From Verrucomicrobiia bacterium (GTDB taxonomy: Bacteria; Verrucomicrobiota; Verrucomicrobiia; Limisphaerales; DASXHY01): 64,000 nt of DNA. The notes under the pieces are model-generated. The model was given only the letters and a program-made list of their open reading frames with translations. It made no database searches and had not been told where the DNA came from. The number at the start of each line of letters is the position of its first letter. The first letter of the stretch is position 1. Shown in pieces: positions 45,827-53,826 of this stretch. The position numbers and the translations under genes were made by a program. Where the stretch lies: contig DASZLX010000022.1 of NCBI GenBank assembly GCA_035552155.1, positions 2,514 to 66,513 of the forward strand, read 5' to 3'.

Positions 45827-46987
45827 ATGCGCCGCACAGCAACGAAGCTCGAATCGTGGAGCGTGGCGGTCACAGCATTCGTCATGATCGTGGTGTTGCC
45901 GGCGCTCAACGCCACGCCCGCCGGCAGCTTTCTGCATGTCAGCAATTTCACGATCAATCTCTACGGCAAATATCTCTGCTACGGCCTGCTCGCCATCAGC
46001 GTCGATTTGCTTTGGGGCTATACCGGCCTGCTGAGCCTGGGACAGGCGCTGTTCTTCACTCTCGGCGGTTACATGATGGGGATGTACCTGATGCGGATGA
46101 TTGGCGACCTCGGCCAATATCATCAGCCGATTCCAGATTTCCTCGTGTTTCTAGGCTGGAGCACGCTTCCGGCATTCTGGAAACCTTTTGGCAGTTTTGC
46201 GTTTGCCTTTCTAATGGCGATGTTGCTGCCGGGAACGCTGGCGCTCGTTTTCGGTTTTCTTGCCTTTCGCTCGCGCATCCGCGGAGTTTATTTTGCCATT
46301 CTCACACAAGCCCTGACTTATGCGGCAATGCTGCTCTTTTTTCGCAACAGCCTGTTGATGGGCGGTAATAACGGATTCACTGATTTCAAATTTATTTTCG
46401 GCTACGACTTGCGCGAACCATCCACGCAACGTGGACTTTATATGGTGACGGCGCTGACCGTGCTGATCGCATTTCTAGTTTGCCGCTGGTTGAGCCGGAC
46501 AAAATTCGGGCTCGTGCAGCAGGCCATCCGCGATAGCGAAAACCGCGTGCTGTTCAGCGGATACGCCGCCCGAAATTACAAACTCTTTGTGTTCGTGCTC
46601 GCGGCGCTCATCGGCTCCATTGGCGGGATGCTGTTTGTGCCGCAAGTCGGCATCATCAACCCAAGCGAAATGGGACCGGATAAATCGCTGGAAGCCGTGG
46701 TATGGGTGGCGGTTGGAGGGCGCGGCACGTTGCTCGGCCCGATCCTCGGTGCCTTTGGAGTGAATGCCTTCAAGAGTTGGGCCACCCGCGCCTATCCCGA
46801 TCTCTGGCAGATTCTGCTCGGCGCGCTCTTCGTGCTCGTAACTCTATTCATGCCGAAAGGCCTGGTCGGTTTGCCCGAACAATTGCGCGGCATCAAAAAG
46901 CGTTTCGACGCGCGCCGGAAGAAAATTAAAGATCAAGCCGCCGCTTCCGTAAGCGTTCCCGCCGAGGAACTGGCAAAGACCAAATGA
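45827..46987 (+). CDS. urtC: Urea ABC transporter permease UrtC
   Basis: LivM-type permease motifs (DLLWGYTGLLSLGQALFF) and position in the urt operon. Confidence 0.9.
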   Translation: MRRTATKLESWSVAVTAFVMIVVLPALNATPAGSFLHVSNFTINLYGKYLCYGLLAISVDLLWGYTGLLSLGQALFFTLGGYMMGMYLMRMIGDLGQYHQPIPDFLVFLGWSTLPAFWKPFGSFAFAFLMAMLLPGTLALVFGFLAFRSRIRGVYFAILTQALTYAAMLLFFRNSLLMGGNNGFTDFKFIFGYDLREPSTQRGLYMVTALTVLIAFLVCRWLSRTKFGLVQQAIRDSENRVLFSGYAARNYKLFVFVLAALIGSIGGMLFVPQVGIINPSEMGPDKSLEAVVWVAVGGRGTLLGPILGAFGVNAFKSWATRAYPDLWQILLGALFVLVTLFMPKGLVGLPEQLRGIKKRFDARRKKIKDQAAASVSVPAEELAKTK

Positions 46988-47751
46988 GCGCCGCTCCCCG
47001 TCAATTTGTTTTGATGCTCGAAGACGTGAATAAAGCCTTCGATGGTTTCAAGGCCATTTCGAATCTCACGCTTTACATGGACGAAGGGGAATTACGAACC
47101 ATCATCGGCCCAAACGGCGCGGGAAAAAGCACGATGCTGGACCTTATTACTGGTCGTACGAAGCCGGACAAAGGTAAAATTGAGTTCGGCGTGAACACCG
47201 ACCTTACCCGACTGAACGAATATCAAATCAACCGCCTCGGCATTAGCCGGAAATTTCAAACACCGTCCGTTTATATCGACCACACAGTTTTCGAAAACAT
47301 CTGGCTTTCGCTCAAAGGCGGCCGAGCCGTGTGGACCACTATTTTTGCGCGGCTATCCTCCGACCAGCGCGATCGCATCCACGATGTGCTGAACACGGTG
47401 GGCCTTTCGGACAAAGCAAGTTGGAAAGCCGGTGCGTTGAGCCACGGCCAGAAGCAGTGGCTCGAGATCGGCATGTTGCTCGCGCAGGATCCAAAGTTAT
47501 TGCTCGTCGACGAACCCGCCGCCGGCATGACCGACGAAGAGACGCACAAAACCGGCGAACTGCTCCTCAGCCTCGAAGGCAAACACAGCATCGTGGTCAT
47601 CGAACACGACATGACCTTCGTCCGCCAGATCGCCCGCAAAGTCACGGTGTTGCACCAAGGGACCGTTTTGTGCGAAGGAACCGTGGACGAGGTGCAGAAT
47701 GATGAACGGGTGATTGAGGTGTATTTGGGGAGGAAAAAGAAAGCCGCATGA
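46984..47751 (+). CDS. urtD: Urea ABC transporter ATP-binding protein UrtD
   Basis: Walker A GPNGAGKST, signature LSHGQKQWLEIGMLL and Walker B LLLVDEPAAGM. It overlaps urtC by 4 nt. Confidence 0.9.
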   Translation: MSAAPRQFVLMLEDVNKAFDGFKAISNLTLYMDEGELRTIIGPNGAGKSTMLDLITGRTKPDKGKIEFGVNTDLTRLNEYQINRLGISRKFQTPSVYIDHTVFENIWLSLKGGRAVWTTIFARLSSDQRDRIHDVLNTVGLSDKASWKAGALSHGQKQWLEIGMLLAQDPKLLLVDEPAAGMTDEETHKTGELLLSLEGKHSIVVIEHDMTFVRQIARKVTVLHQGTVLCEGTVDEVQNDERVIEVYLGRKKKAA

Positions 47752-47896
47752 AAGTTTTAAGTTCCAGGTTTCAAGTTCCAAGAAAGCTCCAAGCTGCAAG
47801 CTTCAAATCGGAACAGTTGCGATTCGAGGGATTATTTGTTGCTTGGAATTTGGAACGTTTTTGGAACTTGGAATTTGGAACTTGGAATTTTTCCAC
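47752..47896. repeat. 145-bp intergenic palindromic element built from heptamer repeats (GTTCCAA-type left arm, six TTGGAAY units in the right arm)
   Basis: Right arm: TTGGAAT TTGGAAC gttt TTGGAAC TTGGAAT TTGGAAC TTGGAAT (47843-47888). Left arm: GTTCCAG GTTTCAA GTTCCAA (47761-47781). There is an inner imperfect hairpin CTTCAAATCG/CGATTCGAGG. Confidence 0.7.
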
Positions 47897-48592
47897 ATGC
47901 TGACTCTTTCCAACATCTCAGTCTCCTACGACGGTTCGCGCATCCTGCGCGGCGTGAACCTCACCGTACCCGAGCGCAGTCTCGTGTGCCTGATGGGACG
48001 CAACGGTGTCGGCAAAACTACGACGTTAAAATCCATCGTTGGCCTCGCCAAAACGGATGGCGGTTCCATTACACTCGCAGGAACAGAATTGAACGGTTTA
48101 AAACCTGACCAACGTGCGCGGCACGGCCTTGGTTACGTCCCGCAAGGCCGCGACATTTTTCCGCACCTCACCGTTTGGGAAAACCTCAAGATCAGCCTCG
48201 TCGTCCATAAAGCCAAAGCCAACGGCCAGGTGGATCGAGTGCTGGAATTGTTTCCGGTGCTGAAGGAAATGTTGCAGCGCAAAGGCGGGGTGCTGAGTGG
48301 CGGCCAACAACAACAACTGGCCATCGCGCGCGCATTGCTGACCGATCCGAAAATATTGATTCTCGACGAGCCCACGGAAGGCATCCAGCCCAATATCATC
48401 GATCAAATCGGCGAGACGCTCTTGAAAATCAAAGCCGAGGGCAAAATCAGCATTTTGCTCGTGGAACAATATCTCGATTTTTGCGTCAGCGTTGGCGATA
48501 GCTTTTACATCATGGACCGCGGCGCAGTCGTGGCCGGGGGACCGATTAAAAACCTCAACGATCCAGATGTGCGACGGTATTTGACGGTCTGA
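47897..48592 (+). CDS. urtE: Urea ABC transporter ATP-binding protein UrtE
   Basis: Walker A GRNGVGKTT, signature LSGGQQQQLAIARAL and Walker B ILILDEPTEG. The ATG at 47897 is used; the upstream part of the ORF-track ORF is a translation of the repeat element. Confidence 0.9.
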   Translation: MLTLSNISVSYDGSRILRGVNLTVPERSLVCLMGRNGVGKTTTLKSIVGLAKTDGGSITLAGTELNGLKPDQRARHGLGYVPQGRDIFPHLTVWENLKISLVVHKAKANGQVDRVLELFPVLKEMLQRKGGVLSGGQQQQLAIARALLTDPKILILDEPTEGIQPNIIDQIGETLLKIKAEGKISILLVEQYLDFCVSVGDSFYIMDRGAVVAGGPIKNLNDPDVRRYLTV

Positions 48593-48930
48593 TTTCGGTA
48601 AAAGCGCCAGTGCCGCTGGTTCCGGAAAGGTTTGTGGATCGCTTCCTTATCCTGGAGATATTCGTGGAAACCGTCCCCACATTAAGGACGCTCAAGAATT
48701 GATCCGCCTTCGTTTCCGTAAGTTTGAGACCGCGAATCGCATCAAACGGCTTTTCCGCCACCGTTCCTTTGGTGGCGTCCTGCTTGCCCTCCCCATCACC
48801 CACGCCCAAGTCCGAGAATTAAATCCCGAGTCGGAACCTTTCAAGTAAGCGCGCGCAATGTCCAAATTCAGCATCCTTGAAAATAGTACGTGCCCCATCC
48901 TCGCTTAAACAATCGGTAACGCTGTTTCAT
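48555..48930 (-). pseudogene. Tyrosine-integrase N-terminal relic, frameshifted and truncated
   Basis: Three frames together give MKQRYRLFKRGWGTYYFQ / LNLDIARAYLKGSDSGFNSRTWAWVM / GKQDATKGTVAEKPFDAIRGLKLTETKADQFLSVLNVGTVSTN. This resembles the N-terminal (arm/SAM-like) part of phage-type integrases. No catalytic domain is present. It lies 174 nt from the 3' end of tRNA-Thr. Confidence 0.5.
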
Positions 48931-49103
48931 TTCATCACTCACGGTTGTGAGCGTAAAACAGCCCGAAAGTTTGTGTTAGCGAGCAGTGGCGGAGCGGTCG
49001 GCGACCAATGCCGAACGATGCCAGGGCAGCTAAAACATTGAAACTTTCAATGAAGGTAGACAAACCATGCTCCCTAAGTCCCTGCAAGACAGTTGCAAAG
49101 AAG

Positions 49104-49178
49104 TGGAGCCAATGGCCGGGATTGAACCGGCGACCGACGGTTTACGAAACCGTTGCTCTACCACTGAGCTACATTGGC
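49104..49178 (-). tRNA. tRNA-Thr (anticodon CGU), CCA encoded
   Basis: Hand-folded cloverleaf: GCCAATG-TA-GCTC-AGTGGTA-GAGC-A-ACGGT-TTCGTAA-ACCGT-CGGTC-GCCGG-TTCAATC-CCGGC-CATTGGC-T-CCA. Confidence 0.9.
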
Positions 49179-49323
49179 ACTGACAGGACTGATATTGTTT
49201 GCATTGCCGGGTTCACTGTCAAGCGCGACGGCAACTCGTTGTAATTCTATTCCCGAATTAAACGAAATCAACCGACACCGATCGCGACCCTTGGGAGCCG
49301 CAGGTTTCCAGCGATTATATTTT

Positions 49324-52300
49324 TCACGGAAGCGTCTGGACTTTCAATCGGAAGAATTGCCGGTCTCCGGATGGCACAACTGTATAGGGGCTGAATGCCT
49401 CTGACATGTTCGTGTACGGGCCGTCGACGGCCGACGCGCACTGCAATGTGCCCGCCGTCCATGTCAGCACCATCGCGCCGCCGGTCATTTGATAATGCAA
49501 CGCTGCCGCCGGGGCGACCGTTGGCGCGTAGGTCGTGAAGGCGCTATCGGCTACCGTGGCCCAGCTCGCCCAAACCCAGGCGCTGGAGCGCGCGCCATTT
49601 TCGATGCGGGTTTCGTCCATCAAACCATTGAACGGTAACCCGCCGGTGGCGCCGGGCGCACCGGCCAGCAGCGCGCCGCAACGCGCATAATTCGTCGTTT
49701 GAAAAGCCGTATCCACTCCGGTGGCCACTGTCTCATCAATGCCATCCACATAAACATGGACTGCGCCGTTGCTGCCATCCATTGTGCCGGTCAGGAGATG
49801 CCATTGGCCAAAACCAACCGCGCCGGCGGCCGTCCTGGGCGAGACATTTCCCCCGACGCCGTCCGCCGTGTCGAAATAAATTTTGCCGTCCGCGGTTTGG
49901 TAACTGTTGACGTAGAAATCAAAACCTGCGGTGTTCCAGCCGCCCTGTTTATTGCACCAGACAGTTTGCTCGCTCGATGCGGCGGGAGCGATATTGACCC
50001 AGGCGGATACGGTAAAGTTTTTTCCCACGGGCACCAAACCGGGGTCGAGGAATTGCGAGCTGCCGTTGAACGCGCCGCCGTTCCCCACGATGCCGGTGGC
50101 CACAGCAGGCGCGGCTCCGGAAGTCGCGGGATATTGCCGCGTGCTGTCCGCAAAGGGCAGCCCGCTTTGATTCATGTGATAGACCAGCGTGAAATCGTTC
50201 GAGCCGCTCAGCGTCGTCCATACGGCTCCGTTGGTGTTGCCAGGCGGCATGACGCTATCGGCGGGGTTGCCCCAATACGCGGTGATAAAATCGTTGCTGC
50301 CGGAAATCGAGGGCACCTGCACCCAGACCAACGATTCTCCGGAGGGATTCCATTGTTCGATCTCGGAAGGTAATTCGCGGCCGTTCCCGGTGGCGAACCG
50401 CAGATCGGCGCCGTCATTCGGCGAAGCAAATTGCGCGTAGGAAAATCCCGGCACATTCGTGCTCAACCGAACCAGCACCGGGAATTCCTGCAAGGTCTCC
50501 GTGTTGGTATAGCCGCTGAAGGTGAGGCGCAGGCCATAATAATTGGCAGCGTTCAAGAATGTCGCCGCCTTCCCCACCACCGGCGCGGTGCTGGAATTCG
50601 TGCTGCCCTGGCCATTGCTGACCGTGACCTGATAATTATTCGTGCCCGCGAGCGCATTAAAAGAATAACTGGAATTTGTCGCGCCGGGAATCGACTGGCC
50701 ATTGAGCGTCCATTGATAACTCAAGGGCGGCAGGCCACCGGCTGTCACCGCGAGTGCGAGCGCGTCGCCCTGCCACACAATCCGCGAAATTGGATCGAGA
50801 TCACTGGTCACAACGGGACCGGTCAAAACCGTCAGCGACGCCGGCGCACTTACGACCCCGCCGAACTGATTGGTTATCGCAACGTAATAGTTATTGTTCT
50901 GCGTGGCGTTGCTGATGACCAGGCTGCTGCTCGTGCCCACGACAATATTATTTTGATCATACCACGTATAGCCGAGTGGCTGAGAGCCCGAGACGCTGAC
51001 CTCGAATGTCGCCGCACCCCCATACGCGACGGTCGCATTCGTCGGGAATTGGATAATACCCGGCCCGGTTGAAAGAAATGCGGAAACCGGCGCGCTCAGA
51101 TGGTCGCGAATGCACGGTTTGCCGATGGCATCGACATAAAAGCGGTAACTTCCCGGAGCCAGGCCCGCCTGCGTGAGATTGGTTTGATGCGTCCCGGAAT
51201 TGACGGAACCGAGCAACGCTGCCGTCACGCCGTTGCTCGAAGCGTAAATTTCATAATGGTCAATCGTGCGCTCATCGCCCGAAGCGATCGTCCAGGAGAG
51301 CAGGTTCGTGTTCATTTGAGCGGTGACCGCAACAAAATTTTCGATGCCCGCTTCGACCTCGGTTCCCTCCTCCCAATCACTCCACGTGGCCCACTGCATG
51401 CGGGTCATATTCGCTGGGATGGCGGCGTTGATGACTGCCGCGCGTTCCACCTCGCACACGCCGTTGCTGCCGGGAAGATATTTGCCCAGCGACCAACTGA
51501 TCGATTTCGTCAGCGTGCCGTTGAATTGCGAGCACATCGCGCCGAACGCTTTTTTGCCGTGGGTCTTGATGGTGCCATACGAGCTGGTAACGGCGCTCAA
51601 ATTGAACGGATCGCTGGTATTGGCCCCGGTGGTGAAACTATCGGTCCATTGAAAGGATTCGTCCTCCCACGATTCGGAAAGATAACTCGTCCCCTGCTCC
51701 ACCCAAACCATGTTGCCGCCGAGATCGGCTTTGATGGCCGCCATGCCCGTCCCGCCCACCACATTGCGCACTCCGAAAAACATCAAAATGGGATTCCCGG
51801 CGCTGGCCGGCTCACGCTCGTAGTTCGCGTCGGTGAAATAATTGGTTTGGCAATAATGAATCTGGTACTCGAGATTGCTCGTGCCGAGGCCGCCGACCGT
51901 CCCTTTGTCCAGCATCAGAATATAGGTGAAGGTATTGTTGGGAACGCTCGCCAAATAAGCTTTGACCCGTTTGGCAACGTTGTCGGTTTGATGCGTTCGA
52001 CCGTACCAATTGATCACCACCCCGTTGAATCCGCGATTCTTCATGTCCGTGATCATCGCGGCCACGTAGGCGTCCGAATCATTGTTCAAGCCGATGTTGA
52101 TGTGATTGTTCGGCCCGAACCAGGGCGTGGCGTGGGCAAACCAGCGCAAGTCCGGCCGGCTGGGAATCAACGTATGCACGTCGGTTTTGGAAACGTGCCC
52201 GGGAGTTACCGGATTCAGGGACTCGTCCATTTTCGCCGGGTCCACCGGGATGGTTGCGCCCGACTGGCTGACCCAGCTCGTCGGTCCAAAATTCGCCGAA

Positions 52301-52533
52301 AAGTTGTTCGAATTGTAGGCCGAAAAAGCCGAAGTATTGTGATTGGTCAGCGAAACCAGCGCCACGTTGAAACTAATTCCCCAGACCGTCGTGGCCTGGG
52401 TGATCAGGCACAAAAAAGCCCAGCGCAGCACGTGTGATATTGCCGGCAGGTTCCGTCGCTCTGGTATTTCTCGCATCGTCAAATCAACTGTTGTTTTTTT
52501 CCGTTGCGCGCGTGAAGTATCACGCGAAGCCAA
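49324..52533 (-). CDS. Large secreted multidomain protein: GH71/GH99-like N-terminal domain, Ig-like repeats, DUF2341-like and LamG domains
   Basis: The N-terminal domain has WATWSDWEEGTEVE, as in the GH99/GH71 clan (tentative). Ig-like modules are present (SYQWTLNGQSIPGATNSSY). A DUF2341-like segment follows (LVRLSTNVPGFSYAQF...DLRFATGNGRELPSEIEQW). A LamG block is present (FTVSAWVN...VHVYVDGI), and the C-terminus carries ...RQFFRLKVQTLP. The likely start is Met at 52476. Confidence 0.75.
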   Translation of the reverse strand: MASRDTSRAQRKKTTVDLTMREIPERRNLPAISHVLRWAFLCLITQATTVWGISFNVALVSLTNHNTSAFSAYNSNNFSANFGPTSWVSQSGATIPVDPAKMDESLNPVTPGHVSKTDVHTLIPSRPDLRWFAHATPWFGPNNHINIGLNNDSDAYVAAMITDMKNRGFNGVVINWYGRTHQTDNVAKRVKAYLASVPNNTFTYILMLDKGTVGGLGTSNLEYQIHYCQTNYFTDANYEREPASAGNPILMFFGVRNVVGGTGMAAIKADLGGNMVWVEQGTSYLSESWEDESFQWTDSFTTGANTSDPFNLSAVTSSYGTIKTHGKKAFGAMCSQFNGTLTKSISWSLGKYLPGSNGVCEVERAAVINAAIPANMTRMQWATWSDWEEGTEVEAGIENFVAVTAQMNTNLLSWTIASGDERTIDHYEIYASSNGVTAALLGSVNSGTHQTNLTQAGLAPGSYRFYVDAIGKPCIRDHLSAPVSAFLSTGPGIIQFPTNATVAYGGAATFEVSVSGSQPLGYTWYDQNNIVVGTSSSLVISNATQNNNYYVAITNQFGGVVSAPASLTVLTGPVVTSDLDPISRIVWQGDALALAVTAGGLPPLSYQWTLNGQSIPGATNSSYSFNALAGTNNYQVTVSNGQGSTNSSTAPVVGKAATFLNAANYYGLRLTFSGYTNTETLQEFPVLVRLSTNVPGFSYAQFASPNDGADLRFATGNGRELPSEIEQWNPSGESLVWVQVPSISGSNDFITAYWGNPADSVMPPGNTNGAVWTTLSGSNDFTLVYHMNQSGLPFADSTRQYPATSGAAPAVATGIVGNGGAFNGSSQFLDPGLVPVGKNFTVSAWVNIAPAASSEQTVWCNKQGGWNTAGFDFYVNSYQTADGKIYFDTADGVGGNVSPRTAAGAVGFGQWHLLTGTMDGSNGAVHVYVDGIDETVATGVDTAFQTTNYARCGALLAGAPGATGGLPFNGLMDETRIENGARSSAWVWASWATVADSAFTTYAPTVAPAAALHYQMTGGAMVLTWTAGTLQCASAVDGPYTNMSEAFSPYTVVPSGDRQFFRLKVQTLP

Positions 52534-52813
52534 AGGTCAGACGGATATTTCGCACCCAAGTTCCCTCTTTTAGCCTCCTCTCGCCACCGTATGTTTATAT
52601 GGGGCGAGAAACTCGGATTAAATTTTCGACGCGCTCGGGCCAGCGATTCCGGGCAGAAGGAAGGTCGTGGAGCGCCTCTCGGCACACTCCTGAAAATTCC
52701 CCTGATTCTCCCAATTGAACTTTTTCAAAGTAGCCCGATATTTTTCAAAGATGGGCGGGATCTCGTTGGTAGGACGTGGGCAAAAATACCAGGAATTTTG
52801 AGGAGCAAATAAC

Positions 52814-53290
52814 ATGAAAACGATGGAATTAAATGAATCGGGCTTGCTGTTGAGCTGTCCCAGTTGCGGACGGCGCAACCGCATGCCTTACGAGAAATTA
52901 GGGCAGATCTTTCGTTGCGGCCATTGCCATACAGACCTTCACCCGCCGGGTGAGCCGGTGAACGTCACCAACGAAATGCTGTTTCGCGCCTTAACCAACC
53001 GTTCGGCCCTGCCCGTGCTGGTGGATTTCTGGGCGCCCTGGTGCGGGCCGTGCAAGATGGTCGCGCCGGAACTGGCCAAAGTCGCGGCCGAGAGCGAGGG
53101 CCTGTGGCTCGTGGCGAAGGTCAACACCGAGAACCTGCCTCAACTCGCCCAACAGTTCCAGATCAGCGGCATCCCCACTCTTGCGCTGTTTCAAAACGGA
53201 CGGGAAATCGCCCGCCAGGCCGGGGCCATGCCTGCCGCAAGCATTCGCCAATTCATTCAACAACATATCTTCGCCGGAGTTCGCGTATGA
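52814..53290 (+). CDS. trxC: Thioredoxin 2-type protein with an N-terminal zinc-finger
   Basis: CPSCGRRN...CGHCH zinc-finger followed by the FWAPWCGPCK active site. Confidence 0.85.
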   Translation: MKTMELNESGLLLSCPSCGRRNRMPYEKLGQIFRCGHCHTDLHPPGEPVNVTNEMLFRALTNRSALPVLVDFWAPWCGPCKMVAPELAKVAAESEGLWLVAKVNTENLPQLAQQFQISGIPTLALFQNGREIARQAGAMPAASIRQFIQQHIFAGVRV

Positions 53291-53613
53291 AAACCATCAC
53301 TGAAAATGAAGCGCGCACTGTCCAATTATTCGAGCCGGACCCGGGTGCCATCCACACGATTGAACAGGTCGGCCACATTGCCGGCATCTCGCGCCGCGCC
53401 ATCCTCGTTTATTGCAAACACGGCCTGCTCTCACCGGTGATTGACCCCGAATATGGCGGCTATTATTTCGATGACGAAGCCATCCACACCGTGCGCCGCA
53501 TCGAGTATCTTCACCATACCTGCGGCGTGAATCTTGAAGGCATCAAAATGATTCTTCACCTGGTGAACGAAGTCGAACGGATGCGCCATGAACTGCGTTT
53601 TTCGCGCCCATAA
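53287..53613 (+). CDS. MerR-family HTH protein (CbpM/HspR-like)
   Basis: 108 aa. HTIEQVGHIAGISRRAILVYCKHGLL looks like a MerR-type HTH. ATGA overlap with trxC. Confidence 0.55.
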   Translation: MKTITENEARTVQLFEPDPGAIHTIEQVGHIAGISRRAILVYCKHGLLSPVIDPEYGGYYFDDEAIHTVRRIEYLHHTCGVNLEGIKMILHLVNEVERMRHELRFSRP

Positions 53614-53826
53614 ATATCCGCGCCGAGGCGTCCGCCGTTTTTCTGCCACGCTGAAACGCAAAGCATTGCTTCTGCGAGATTTGCAGCGGTTTCGCGCAGG
53701 ACTACGCTCGGCGCTGCGGTGAATTCCCTCTTCTTCCCGCCTCATAATTGATTGACCGCACCAGCCACGTAATCCAGAGTACCGAGCTACCCGAAAGCCC
53801 GTGTTATAAAAACGCGCACCAACAAA

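Noticed and set aside
47714-47896. N-terminal 61 codons of the ORF-track urtE ORF
   Set aside because: The translation (…SFKFQVSSSKKAPSCKLQ…LEFGTFLELGIWNLEFF) is simply the heptamer-repeat element read in frame. UrtE homology starts at the Met at 47897.
49699-52437. Plus-strand ORFs of 224, 213 and 445 aa inside the 49324..52533 gene
   Set aside because: They are antisense to a multidomain protein with recognisable Ig, DUF2341 and LamG blocks. They are Arg/Gly-rich with no motifs.
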